Shown: positions 5,868 through 14,098 of the stretch, one piece after another | How positions within the stretch are numbered: position 1 is the first letter of the stretch | Layout: every line of letters starts with the position of its first letter | Origin: Methanofollis liminatans DSM 4140 | GTDB taxonomy: Archaea > Halobacteriota > Methanomicrobia > Methanomicrobiales > Methanofollaceae | Direction: 5' to 3' | NCBI RefSeq assembly: GCF_000275865.1 | Contig: NZ_CM001555.1 | Location: forward strand, 1,676,967-1,700,966 | DNA: 24,000 nucleotides | The notes under the pieces: generated by a model | Databases searched by the model: none | Told to the model about the DNA's origin: nothing | Seen by the model: only the letters and a program-made list of their open reading frames with translations | Program-made: the position numbers and the translations under genes

Positions 5868-6670
5868 CCCTCCAGCAGGGCGAGATAGATCCCGGCGATC
5901 ATGATGTCGGCCAGGGAGCCCGGATTGATCCCCCGCGCCAGGCACTCCTCGTCGAAGACCGAGAGGGCCAGGCGTCCGGCCTGCACCTCACGCGCCCGCA
6001 GCACCGTCTCCCCGGCGACGGCAGGCCCGTGCTTCTTTGCGATAAAGGTGTCGGGATAGGCGGCGAGCATATCGAGAAACGTCCGCACGATCGCCTCTCT
6101 CCCCGAACCGTGGGCCATGAGGCGGTCGGCCGTCTCGGTACAGAGGGCGAACCCGTTCGTCCACTCCCGTGCCACCATGTCCCGCTCCGCGGAGTAGGCC
6201 ATCACGTCGTAGAGGGTCATCCCCCGCTCGCGGAGGAGATCGGCGGCGCCGGGATCGTTCACGTCGATCTCGTCTTTTTCCAGCACCCGCACCTGCGTCG
6301 CCGAGAAGGCGCGGTAGAAGGCGACGGCGTCCTCGACCGTGGTCTCACGGGCGGCCCGGAAGGCCGCCGACGCCCCCCCGCCGATCACCAGGGGGATCAG
6401 CAGGATGAACGCCCCGAAATGGGTGTTCCCCCCGGCATGGCAGTTCGTGTCCCGCACCGCCGCCTCGATCAGGGCGCCGATCCCGCCCTCGCCCGCTTCG
6501 GCGCGCTCCAGCGCCGCCCGGGCAAAGACCGCCGACGCCAGAAAGTGCTCCAGGCGGGTGTCGGGGTAGTCGTGCCCCCGGTCCACATTGCCGGGCTTGG
6601 GGGAGGCGGTCACCTCCAGCACCATCGCCAGCTGCGCCGCTTCAGTCCTCGTGATCGTCCGGCACCGCAT
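5849..6670 (-). CDS. Triphosphoribosyl-dephospho-CoA synthase (CitG/MdcB)-like protein, H4MPT-linked paralogue
   Basis: LEVTASPKPGNVDRGHDYPDTRLEHFLASA and a later GGNTHFGAFILL match the CitG-family pattern. It is adjacent to DUF447, as in the archaeal-like gene sets of methylotrophs. Confidence 0.85.
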   Translation of the reverse strand: MRCRTITRTEAAQLAMVLEVTASPKPGNVDRGHDYPDTRLEHFLASAVFARAALERAEAGEGGIGALIEAAVRDTNCHAGGNTHFGAFILLIPLVIGGGASAAFRAARETTVEDAVAFYRAFSATQVRVLEKDEIDVNDPGAADLLRERGMTLYDVMAYSAERDMVAREWTNGFALCTETADRLMAHGSGREAIVRTFLDMLAAYPDTFIAKKHGPAVAGETVLRAREVQAGRLALSVFDEECLARGINPGSLADIMIAGIYLALLEGWQWDC

Positions 6671-7778
6671 CGAAGACCCGCTCCATGATTTTTTCCGAAA
6701 GAAGACGCTTTTCCCGCATGTACGCCGGCGTATCCACGCCGGCCTCCTTCATGGCGACCTCCCTGAGCATGCAGGGCGAACTCGACTTGCAGCACCAGGC
6801 AAGGGAGCCGAAACAGGTCGTCCGGCCGCCTTCGAGGGGCGTGCCCTTCACCGCCTCGCGCTTCACCTCCATATAGGCCTCCCGGGAGAACCCGATGTTG
6901 TCGAGGAACGGCAGCAGGGGGCAGTGCTTCACCGGCATGCAGCAGAAGGTCAGGGACCGCACGTCCCCGCCGCGGCAGAGCTGCTTTGGCGCATTGTACC
7001 ACCCGGTCTCGTCGGCCTTGCGGCAGATGGCGGCGTCGATCCCGGCCAGGGTGCGTTCGTCAGAGCGCCGCGCCAGGGAGACCATATCGGCCCCGTGGGC
7101 GAACATATCCATCGCTCGGTCGAACGAGGTGATGGAGTTGTTCGCGATGAGAGTGAGCGGGCAGGCGTTCCTGATCTGCCGCAGGCGGGCATAGCCGAAG
7201 TCCATTAAGTCCACGTGGATGATGTCGGCCCCGGCCTTCCAGAGCAGGCGGGCCAGGCGCCGGTCGTCGGCTGCCACGCCAGCCCGGATCTTCACCGAGA
7301 CGGTGACGTCGAAGCCCTTGAGGGCGCGGACGGTCTCGGCAAGAAGGTGCGGCGTTTTCAGCAGGGTCTCGCCGCACCCGGCCGCCGTCATCAACGGCTG
7401 GCGGCAGTGGGCGTCGATCTCGTAGACGACGCCGTCCCCGATGGCGTCGGCGACCGCCGCATAGGAGGCCGGAGCGCTCCCCCGGAGGTTGAGGCCGGTG
7501 ACGACCCCGCTCCCCTCCAGGGCGCCGATCTCTGTGCGCAGCGCGGCGATCGGGTCGTCGTACAGGAACTCGGCCCGCCCTTCGGCGGCCATCTGCCGGC
7601 TCGCCTCCATCGTGGCCTCGTCAATAGAATAGCCGCCGATAAAGGCGGCGCCGATATGGTCAGCCCGGGCGAGCACATAGGCGGCGTTCACCATCCCGGC
7701 CATGGATGCAATCGCAACCGGGGTCCTGACCACCTGACCGTTGATGATCAGTCCGCAGCGCTCGTAGCTGTCGATCAT
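6642..7778 (-). CDS. DUS/DHOD-like TIM-barrel protein with Cys-rich C-terminal extension, function unknown
   Basis: Barrel-type motifs follow the order seen in dihydrouridine synthase/dihydroorotate dehydrogenase-like flavoenzymes: PVAIASMAGM, VSVKIRAGV, GADIIHVD, GADMVSLARR. The C-terminus carries two similar Cys motifs, C-x10-CC-x5-C and C-x6-CC-x5-C. The start is placed at Met25 (MIDSYERCGLII...). Confidence 0.7.
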   Translation of the reverse strand: MIDSYERCGLIINGQVVRTPVAIASMAGMVNAAYVLARADHIGAAFIGGYSIDEATMEASRQMAAEGRAEFLYDDPIAALRTEIGALEGSGVVTGLNLRGSAPASYAAVADAIGDGVVYEIDAHCRQPLMTAAGCGETLLKTPHLLAETVRALKGFDVTVSVKIRAGVAADDRRLARLLWKAGADIIHVDLMDFGYARLRQIRNACPLTLIANNSITSFDRAMDMFAHGADMVSLARRSDERTLAGIDAAICRKADETGWYNAPKQLCRGGDVRSLTFCCMPVKHCPLLPFLDNIGFSREAYMEVKREAVKGTPLEGGRTTCFGSLAWCCKSSSPCMLREVAMKEAGVDTPAYMREKRLLSEKIMERVFDAVPDDHED

Positions 7779-7894
7779 AATTCCATCCAGATTGGCCCCA
7801 CCATCACAAAGTCCTTTGGTCACCGCGGTGCGGGGGGCGAACACCCGCACCCCCTTCTCTCAGGGAGGAGAGGGAAGAGGAGCAGGATTCGTAA

Positions 7895-7904
7895 TACTTT
7901 TATG
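7895..7904 (+). promoter_or_regulatory. TATA-like element (TACTTTTATG) for cfbA
   Basis: AT-rich box centred about 30 nt upstream of the cfbA ATG (7930), within the 150-bp divergent intergenic region. The geometry suggests a leaderless or near-leaderless mRNA. Confidence 0.4.
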
Positions 7905-7929
7905 ATCTGAAAGTTGTACACAGTAGTAT

Positions 7930-8334
7930 ATGGCAAGAACAGGATTATTACTCGTCGGACACGGCAGCAAACTCCCCTACAATAAGGAGCTCATCGAGAG
8001 CACGGCGGCGCTGATCGCCAGTCAGCACCCGGAGTACCTCGTCAGGCCGGGCTTCATGTCGATGAACGAACCGAGCGTCGACGAGGCCCTGGACGCATTC
8101 AAAAAGGACGAGATCGACCTCCTGATCGTCGTGCCCCTCTTCCTGGCAAAGGGCGTCCACATCCTCCAGGACATCCCCGAGCTCCTCGGCCTGCCCGAGG
8201 GCGCGAAGAAGGGCACCTTCGCCCACGCCACCGGAGCGATCCCCCTGGTCTATGCCGACCCGATCGGCGGCGACCCGCTGCTCGCCGACCTGATGGTCAA
8301 GAACGCCGAAGCGGCGATCCGGTCGAACTCCTGA
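7930..8334 (+). CDS. cfbA: Sirohydrochlorin nickelochelatase/cobaltochelatase, small CbiX-type (CfbA)
   Basis: 134-aa ORF. LLLVGHGSKLPYNKE...LIVVPLFLAKGVHILQDIPE is the CbiX(S) pattern. It is the first gene of the cfb cluster. Confidence 0.9.
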   Translation: MARTGLLLVGHGSKLPYNKELIESTAALIASQHPEYLVRPGFMSMNEPSVDEALDAFKKDEIDLLIVVPLFLAKGVHILQDIPELLGLPEGAKKGTFAHATGAIPLVYADPIGGDPLLADLMVKNAEAAIRSNS

Positions 8335-8336
8335 GA

Positions 8337-9509
8337 ATGAAGATCCTCGTCCTCGACACCATCCACGGCGGCGCCGCCCTCGCAGAGGCCCTGAAGAGGG
8401 CAGGCCATGCCGTCGATATGGTGGACGTCTACCGGGGACGCGAAGGAATACCTGCCGGAGAGGCGGCACGGCGCCGCTACGACCTGGTCGCCGCCCCGGT
8501 CCACCTCGACCCGGCCCATCCTCTCCTCTGTGCGGCGCCCCGGAGGATCACCCACCACGAGGCGGTGCGGATGCTCCTCGTCGGGAACCGCCCGGCCCGG
8601 ATGATCGAGATCACCGGCGCGCGCGGCAAGACGACGACGGCGACCGCCCTTGCCTCGGTGCTGCCCGGCCCGGGCATCCTTCACACCTCGATGGGCACCG
8701 TCCGCTATCCTGAGGGCGTCACCCTCTGGAAACGCTCCATCACCCCGGCCTCGGTGCTCCCGGCGGCGGCGGAGGCGGCCCGTATCGGCGGCTGGCTCGT
8801 CGCCGAGGAGTCCCTCGGCGTCACCGGGGCCGGGGACCTCGCTATTCTCACCGCGACCGGGGACTACACGATCGCCGCCGGGAAAAGGCGCGCCCTTGCC
8901 GAGAAGATCAGGTCCATGAGCGGGTGCGCCGAAGTGCTCATCCCCCCGGGGACCGATCTGCCCGGTGCCTGCGCCGCCGACACGATCGCCGTCGTCACCG
9001 GGACGCTCTGCCGCTACCGGTGGAAAGGGATCGAGGGCGCGTTCGAGAACCCCCTCCTCGCGCTGCCCGGTTACAGGACGCCCCTCCAGATGGCGGCGGC
9101 GGCGGCCTGCCTGCTCGGCGCCGACCCCGCGGCCCTCGCCGCTTTTGCACCCTTAGAGGGCCGGATGGCCGTCGCCCGGCGGGACGGGAAGGTCATCGTC
9201 GACAACGCCAACAGCGGGACCTGCCGGGAGACGGCGGTCGGCGCCGCCGCCTATGCCCGCGCCCTCGCGGGCGGCGGCCCCCTCACCCTGGTGATCGGGA
9301 CCGAGGGGCAGACCATCTGCGAGGGGTTCCCGGCAGATGAGGTGAAACGGACGATCGACGATATCCGCCCTGACCGCGTGGTGCTCGTCGGCGACTACCC
9401 GGAGATCGAGGGAATAACGGCCGGAGACCTTGCAGAAGGGGCCGGCATCGCAGAAGAGATCGCAAACGACGGCGGCGCGGTCGTCCTCGCCGTCAAGACA
9501 TGGAGATAA
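8337..9509 (+). CDS. cfbE: Coenzyme F430 synthetase, Mur-ligase-like (CfbE)
   Basis: 390-aa ORF with a Mur-ligase P-loop (EITGARGKTTTATALASVL). It sits between cfbA and cfbD and starts 2 nt after the cfbA stop. Confidence 0.85.
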   Translation: MKILVLDTIHGGAALAEALKRAGHAVDMVDVYRGREGIPAGEAARRRYDLVAAPVHLDPAHPLLCAAPRRITHHEAVRMLLVGNRPARMIEITGARGKTTTATALASVLPGPGILHTSMGTVRYPEGVTLWKRSITPASVLPAAAEAARIGGWLVAEESLGVTGAGDLAILTATGDYTIAAGKRRALAEKIRSMSGCAEVLIPPGTDLPGACAADTIAVVTGTLCRYRWKGIEGAFENPLLALPGYRTPLQMAAAAACLLGADPAALAAFAPLEGRMAVARRDGKVIVDNANSGTCRETAVGAAAYARALAGGGPLTLVIGTEGQTICEGFPADEVKRTIDDIRPDRVVLVGDYPEIEGITAGDLAEGAGIAEEIANDGGAVVLAVKTWR

Positions 9510-9511
9510 CC

Positions 9512-10585
9512 ATGGATTACATACAGCCAAGGCCCAGTTCAATCGTCGCAGCCCTGTACACCGCCCGGGACCTCGAGGTGGAGGTGGCGATCCTCCACGG
9601 CCCGTCCGGGTGCTCGTTCAAGCACGCCCGCCTCCTCGAAGAGGACGGCATGCGGGTGCTGACCACCTCCCTCGCCGACAACGAGTTCATCTTCGGCGGT
9701 CAGGCGGTTCTCGAGCGGGTGCTCAAGGGAGCCGAGAAAGATTTTGCCCCGAAGCGGATGGCGGTGGTCGGCACCTGCGTCTCGATGATCATCGGCGAGG
9801 ACCTGCAGGCGGCGATCGACGCCTCCGGGGTCGAGACCCCGACGATCGCGATCGACATCCACGCCGGCTTCAGGGAGAACATCCAGGGGGTGCTCGCCGC
9901 CCTCGAACCGGCGGCGGCGATCGGCTGGATCAGCGCCGACGAACTCGAACGGCAGCGGCGGCTGCTCGCGGCGGCGAACGAGGTCGAGCACCTGCGGGGC
10001 GCGGCCTCCCGCTCCTATATCGAGCCCTCCCGCGGCGACCTCAAGCACGTCGCGGCCAGGCGCCTCATCGACCTGGCGCGGGAGGGAAAACGGGGCATCG
10101 CCGTCATGAACGCCAAGAAGGAGACCGCCTATATGTTCGCCGACGAACTCCTCGCCCTCCATGATGCCTGCCCCGACGCCGAGATCACCTACATCGCCAA
10201 CCTCGAAGACCGCGGCCTGCCCAAGGTGCGGGCCGACGCCGCCCGGGTCCTCCAGGGGATGCGCGAGGCCGGGCTCGAGCCCGAACTCCTCGGCGCCCTC
10301 GACGAGTACGGGGCGAACGGCGACGCCATCGGCGAGCGGATCAGGGAGATCGAGCCCGACTTCGCCCTCATCGTCGGCGTCCCCCATGCGGTCCCGCCAG
10401 AGTATACGGCGGGCGTCGAGGTGGTCTCGGTCACCAACGGCCCGCGGCAGGTGGCGCCCCTCCGCGAGATGGGGCACGCGGCGGTCGTCGTCGAGGTGGA
10501 CCTCCACCCCAAGACCCTGGGCGTGCGCTCGATCGTCGAGAGCGAGTTCGGCGCCGTCGTGCGCAGCATCGCCCGGGGTGAATGA
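9512..10585 (+). CDS. cfbD: Ni-sirohydrochlorin a,c-diamide reductive cyclase, NifD/NflD-like subunit (CfbD; methanogenesis marker 13)
   Basis: MDYIQPRPSSIVAALYTARDLEVEVAILHGPSGCSFKHARLLE is the NflD/CfbD pattern. A GGAGA sits 5 nt upstream of ATG 9512, which is preferred over ATG 9500. Confidence 0.85.
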   Translation: MDYIQPRPSSIVAALYTARDLEVEVAILHGPSGCSFKHARLLEEDGMRVLTTSLADNEFIFGGQAVLERVLKGAEKDFAPKRMAVVGTCVSMIIGEDLQAAIDASGVETPTIAIDIHAGFRENIQGVLAALEPAAAIGWISADELERQRRLLAAANEVEHLRGAASRSYIEPSRGDLKHVAARRLIDLAREGKRGIAVMNAKKETAYMFADELLALHDACPDAEITYIANLEDRGLPKVRADAARVLQGMREAGLEPELLGALDEYGANGDAIGERIREIEPDFALIVGVPHAVPPEYTAGVEVVSVTNGPRQVAPLREMGHAAVVVEVDLHPKTLGVRSIVESEFGAVVRSIARGE

Positions 10586-10586
10586 G

Positions 10587-11966
10587 ATGAAGGCCCTCCT
10601 TGTCACCGGGGACCGCTCGGGCAGCGGGAAGACGAGCATCACCCTGGCCGTCGCCGCCCTCCTGGCGCAGGAGGCGCCGGTCCAGACCTACAAGGTGGCG
10701 ATGGACTACATCGACCCTTCGTACCTGACGGCGGTCACCGGGCGCCCGTGCCGGAACCTGGACAGTTACGTGATGGACCCGACCCTGATCAGGGCCGTCT
10801 TCGAGCACGGGGCGAAGGGTGCGGAGATCGCCCTGGTCGAAGGGGTGCGGGGGCTCTACGAGGGGGCCGAGGCGATCGGCGACGCCGGGAGCACGGCCTC
10901 GGTCGCAAAGGCCCTCGACCTGCCGGTGGTGCTGGTCGTGGACGCCCGGAGCATCACCAGGAGCGCCGCCGCCCTGGTGAAGGGTTTTGCCGCCTTCGAC
11001 CCGAAGGTGCGGATCGTCGGGGTGATCCTCAACAACATCAGCAGCGAGGGCCACCGCAGGAAGACCGTGCAGGCGGTCGAGCACTTCTGCAACATCCCGG
11101 TCATCGGAGCGATCCCGAAGAGCGAGGAGATGCGGCTTGCGATGCGCCACCTCGGGCTGGTGCCGTACCGCGAGGGCCAGGAGAGCGGCGACTTCCTCGA
11201 CCGGATCAACGCCGTAAAAGAGGTGATCGGGTCGTACATCGACCTCGACGCCCTCAAGGCCCTGATGGAGGACTACCGCTTTGTCGGCGCCTCCGGGCCG
11301 TTCGCCCGCACCCACGAGGCCGACGTCACGGTGGCGGTCGCCTACGACGAGGCCTTCAACTTCTACTACAACGATCTCTTCGACGTCCTGCACGCCGGCG
11401 GGGCCGAGATCCGCACCTTCAGCCCGGTCCACGACCCCCTGCCCGCGGCCGACGGCTACATCGTCGGCGGCGGCTATCCCGAGATGCACGCCCCGGCGCT
11501 CGAGGCGAACGACCGGTGCCGGGAGGCGCTGAAGGAGGCCGCGGCAAACGGCGTGCCCATCTACGCCGAGTGCGGCGGGCTCATCTACCTCACCGAGCGG
11601 CTGGTCCTGCGGGCCGGGTGGCAGGGGCGGGAGCGAGAGGAGACCTGCACCATGTGCGGGGTCTTTTCAGGCGAGACCGTGATGCCGGCCCACCGCACCC
11701 TCGGCTACGTGGAGGGGCGGGCCGGGGCTGCGTGCCCCTTCGGCGAGGGGGCGTTCCGGGGCCACGAGTTCCATTACTCAGAGGTGCGGCTCGCGCCGGA
11801 GACGACGTTTGCCTACACCCTCTCCCGCGGCACCGGGATTAAGGGGGCGCTGGACGGGGCGGTGACCGAACAGACCCTGGCAAGTTACACGCACCTCCAC
11901 CCGGCGGCGAGTGCCGACTTTTTCCGTGGTTTTCTTCAGGCGTGCAGGCAGGGGCCGCGCTCCTGA
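10587..11966 (+). CDS. cfbB: Ni-sirohydrochlorin a,c-diamide synthase, CbiA-family amidotransferase (CfbB)
   Basis: [26 protein letters not shown], together with a C-terminal glutamine amidotransferase region ([12 protein letters not shown]), fits CbiA/CobB architecture. ATG 10587 lies 1 nt after the cfbD stop. The track's 142-aa upstream extension is out-of-frame overlap with cfbD. Confidence 0.9.
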   Translation: MKALLVTGDRSGSGKTSITLAVAALLAQEAPVQTYKVAMDYIDPSYLTAVTGRPCRNLDSYVMDPTLIRAVFEHGAKGAEIALVEGVRGLYEGAEAIGDAGSTASVAKALDLPVVLVVDARSITRSAAALVKGFAAFDPKVRIVGVILNNISSEGHRRKTVQAVEHFCNIPVIGAIPKSEEMRLAMRHLGLVPYREGQESGDFLDRINAVKEVIGSYIDLDALKALMEDYRFVGASGPFARTHEADVTVAVAYDEAFNFYYNDLFDVLHAGGAEIRTFSPVHDPLPAADGYIVGGGYPEMHAPALEANDRCREALKEAAANGVPIYAECGGLIYLTERLVLRAGWQGREREETCTMCGVFSGETVMPAHRTLGYVEGRAGAACPFGEGAFRGHEFHYSEVRLAPETTFAYTLSRGTGIKGALDGAVTEQTLASYTHLHPAASADFFRGFLQACRQGPRS

Positions 11967-11974
11967 AGCCGAAC

Positions 11975-11990
11975 CATAAAATACTATATC
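11975..11990 (+). promoter_or_regulatory. TATA-like element (CATAAAATACTATATC) for ilvE
   Basis: This is the only AT-rich patch between cfbB and ilvE. It lies about 25-35 nt upstream of ATG 12014. Confidence 0.4.
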
Positions 11991-12013
11991 AATCCTGCGC
12001 CAATACTCTCTTT

Positions 12014-12880
12014 ATGATTATCTACCTGGACGGGGCGTTCGTCCCTGAGAGCGAGGCGAAGGTCTCGGTCTTCGACCACGGCCTTCTCTACGGCGACGGC
12101 GTTTTTGAGGGGATCCGCGCCTATGACGGCCGCGTCTTCAGGCTGGACGAGCACATCGACCGGCTCTACGACTCGGCGAAGACGATCGACATGAAGGTCC
12201 CGATCACGAAGGAGGAGTTCAAGGAGGCGCTCCTCGAGGTCTTGCGGAGGAACAACCTCAGGGACGCCTATATCAGGCCGGTCGTCACCCGGGGCAAAGG
12301 AGACCTGGGCCTCGACCCGCGGAAGTGCCCGAAGCCGACGATCTTCATCATCGCCACCAGCTGGGGCGCGATGTACGGCGACCTCTACGAGAAGGGGCTC
12401 ACCGCCGTCAGCGTCTCCGTCCGGAGGAACCCGGCCGAGGCCCTCCCGCCGAACGTGAAGAGCCTGAACTACTTGAACAACATCCTGGCGAAGATCGAGG
12501 CGAACTATAAGGGCGGGGACGAGGCGATCTTCTTCGACACCCACGGCTATGTCGCCGAAGGCTCGGGGGACAACATCTTCGTCGTCAAGGACGGCGTCAT
12601 CGCCACCCCGCACACCCTCAACAACCTCAGGGGCGTGACCAGGAAGGTGGCGCTCGAGGTCGCCGCCTCACTCGGGATCGGTATCGAGGAGCGGAACCTT
12701 GGTTACTTCGACCTCTATACGGCCGACGAGGTCTTCGTCACCGGTACCGCCGCCGAGGTGGCGCCGATCACGAAGATCGACGGCAGGATCGTCGGCGACG
12801 GACACCCGGGCCCGGTCACCAGGCAGTTGATGGCCGGATTCTCTGCGGTGACCGCAAAGGAAGGCACCCCGATCTTCTGA
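12014..12880 (+). CDS. ilvE: Branched-chain amino acid aminotransferase (class IV PLP enzyme)
   Basis: [37 protein letters not shown]...[14 protein letters not shown] and [11 protein letters not shown] are classic IlvE motifs. The start is placed at Met25 of the track ORF. Confidence 0.9.
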   Translation: MIIYLDGAFVPESEAKVSVFDHGLLYGDGVFEGIRAYDGRVFRLDEHIDRLYDSAKTIDMKVPITKEEFKEALLEVLRRNNLRDAYIRPVVTRGKGDLGLDPRKCPKPTIFIIATSWGAMYGDLYEKGLTAVSVSVRRNPAEALPPNVKSLNYLNNILAKIEANYKGGDEAIFFDTHGYVAEGSGDNIFVVKDGVIATPHTLNNLRGVTRKVALEVAASLGIGIEERNLGYFDLYTADEVFVTGTAAEVAPITKIDGRIVGDGHPGPVTRQLMAGFSAVTAKEGTPIF

Positions 12881-12895
12881 GGTTCTCCCCCATCC

Positions 12896-12901
12896 TTTTT
12901 T
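12896..12901 (+). terminator. Oligo-T (T6) terminator after ilvE
   Basis: CCTTTTTTA lies 16 nt after the ilvE stop. Archaeal termination typically occurs at oligo-T tracts. Confidence 0.5.
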
Positions 12902-12926
12902 ATCCGATTGTGCCGTTCGATCACCC

Positions 12927-13748
12927 ATGGACCATCCGATCACCGTTGACAGCGATGCCTGCACGCGCTGCGGCATCTGCATGGAGATCTGCCCGATGGG
13001 GATCATCGCGCAGGACGGGCCCGACGATCTGCCGCGCCTCGTTCCCGGCGGCGAGGCGGTGTGCAGCCGTTGCGGCCACTGCGAGGCCGTCTGCCCGGCC
13101 GGGGCGGTCTCGGCCCTGTACCCGGCCTCAGGGCCGCAGCATCTTCCCGGGGGGTCGGCGGCGATCGCCCCCGCGGACCTTGCGGCCTACCTGCGGGCCC
13201 GCCGGACGGTCCGCCGGTACCGGGAGGCGTGCGTGGATAAGGAGACGGTCGAGGCCCTGCTCGACGTGGTGAGGTTCGCACCCTCCGGGATGAACGGTCA
13301 GCCGGTCCACTGGCTCGTCGTCCACGACCCGGCCGAGGTGCGCCGCCTCGCGGGGCTTGCGATCGCGTGGATGCGGGAGGCGAGTCGGGCCGGCCACCCC
13401 ATGGCCGATCTCTTCGGGGTGCTGGTGCGGACCTGGGACGCGGGCGTGGACCAGATCTGCCGGGGCGCCCCGCACCTGGTCGTCGCCCACGCCGATGCGA
13501 AGGACCCGATGGCCTACACCGACAGCATCATCGCCCTCGCCTGGCTCGAGGTCGCCGCCCCGTCCTTCGGCCTGGGGACCTGCTGGGCCGGGTTCTTCCA
13601 GATCGCCGCCGCGTCCTCGCCGGCGCTCCTTGAGGCGCTCGGCCTGCCCGAGGGGCACGCGCCGCAGTATGCGATGGCCCTGGGCTACCCGGCGTACCGG
13701 TTCCCCCGCGTGCCAGGCCGGGAGCCGGTGCGGGTCACCTGGCGGTGA
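12927..13748 (+). CDS. Ferredoxin-domain / nitroreductase-family fusion protein
   Basis: The N-terminus has two Cys clusters (CTRCGICMEICP and CSRCGHCEAVCP). A nitroreductase-fold region follows (RRTVRRY...V.FAPSGMNGQP.HW.V...APHLVV). Confidence 0.85.
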   Translation: MDHPITVDSDACTRCGICMEICPMGIIAQDGPDDLPRLVPGGEAVCSRCGHCEAVCPAGAVSALYPASGPQHLPGGSAAIAPADLAAYLRARRTVRRYREACVDKETVEALLDVVRFAPSGMNGQPVHWLVVHDPAEVRRLAGLAIAWMREASRAGHPMADLFGVLVRTWDAGVDQICRGAPHLVVAHADAKDPMAYTDSIIALAWLEVAAPSFGLGTCWAGFFQIAAASSPALLEALGLPEGHAPQYAMALGYPAYRFPRVPGREPVRVTWR

Positions 13749-13764
13749 GGCCGGCGCACCCCGC

Positions 13765-13769
13765 TTTTT
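13765..13769 (+). terminator. Oligo-T (T5) after the nitroreductase gene, inside a 9-bp perfect inverted repeat
   Basis: CCGCTTTTTCCGGG lies 17 nt after the stop. GGCCGGCGC (13749..13757) and GCGCCGGCC (13809..13817) flank it. Confidence 0.4.
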
Positions 13770-13820
13770 CCGGGAGAAGGAGAGCGGCCGGCATATAAGG
13801 GCGGCCAGGCGCCGGCCGAA

Positions 13821-13830
13821 GGTTTAAGTA
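13821..13830 (+). promoter_or_regulatory. TATA-like element (GGTTTAAGTA) for tRNA-Glu
   Basis: It lies about 32-41 nt upstream of the mature tRNA 5' end. A near-identical GGTTTAAATC precedes the catalase gene. Confidence 0.45.
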
Positions 13831-13861
13831 CCAGGATCCGGATATATAGTATAGCATTTCT

Positions 13862-13934
13862 GCTGCCATAGTGTAGTGGCCAATCATGTCGGCCTTTCAC
13901 GCCGACGACTGGGGTTCGAATCCCCATGGCAGCA
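13862..13934 (+). tRNA. tRNA-Glu (anticodon UUC)
   Basis: Hand-folded cloverleaf. Acceptor stem GCTGCCA/TGGCAGC (7 bp). Anticodon stem TCGGC/GCCGA with loop CT-TTC-AC. T arm TGGGG-TTCGAAT-CCCCA. Discriminator A, with no encoded CCA. The D arm GTGTAGTGGCCAATCAT is typical of archaeal tRNA-Glu. Confidence 0.9.
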
Positions 13935-13982
13935 CTCTTTTTCTCAACGCTTCCCCGAGAACCTGACGTTTCAGGATCCAGA

Positions 13983-14041
13983 ACTTCGCCGACATCTTTG
14001 AAACCGTCATCAGGAGGTCAAACCATCGACTTCCCTTCGCG
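13983..14041 (+). repeat. Copy A of a 59-nt repeat (partner at 19772..19830 in inverted orientation)
   Basis: ACTTCGCCGACATCTTTGAAACCGTCATCAGGAGGTCAAACCATCGACTTCCCTTCGCG matches the reverse complement of 19772..19830 at 50 of 59 positions with no gaps, by manual alignment. Confidence 0.85.
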
Positions 14042-14085
14042 TGAGCGTTCAGCACCGCACCCACCGCCGCGAAAACTCCCCGCAC

Positions 14086-14098
14086 AAAAAAAGAAAAA
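14086..14098 (-). terminator. Oligo-T terminator (T5-C-T7 on the minus strand) directly after the PGF-pre-PGF gene stop
   Basis: The plus strand reads AAAAAAAGAAAAA immediately adjacent to the TAA stop (14101..14099 on the minus strand). Confidence 0.6.

Noticed and set aside
6588-7910. Plus-strand ORFs of 206 aa and 231 aa opposite the TIM-barrel gene, and alternative-frame ORFs within the CitG-like gene
   Set aside because: They are antisense or wrong-frame with Arg/Gly/Pro/His-rich composition. The minus-strand frames carry recognisable barrel and CitG-family motifs.
10161-10586. A 142-aa N-terminal extension of the cfbB ORF in the track
   Set aside because: The extension overlaps cfbD in another frame and is Pro/Ser/Arg-rich. 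The CbiA-type N-terminus ([17 protein letters not shown]) begins at ATG 10587, 1 nt after the cfbD stop.
9539-11489. Long minus-strand ORFs (367 aa and 352 aa) and the plus-strand alternative-frame ORFs 9430..10164 and 10748..11842
   Set aside because: They are antisense or out of frame relative to cfbD and cfbB, which have clear family patterns. Their compositions are dominated by Arg/Gly/Pro/Asp, as expected for wrong frames at high GC.
11942-12013. A 24-aa N-terminal extension of ilvE
   Set aside because: It overlaps the cfbB 3' end and runs through the AT-rich TATA-like element. The IlvE family N-terminus (M-I-x-L-D/N-G-x-F-V) starts at ATG 12014.
13862-13934. A functional link between tRNA-Glu (substrate of the C5 tetrapyrrole pathway) and the nearby F430 genes
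   Set aside because: It is an appealing coincidence, but the tRNA has its own promoter and terminator and is separated from cfb by two unrelated genes. Nothing in the sequence supports co-regulation.
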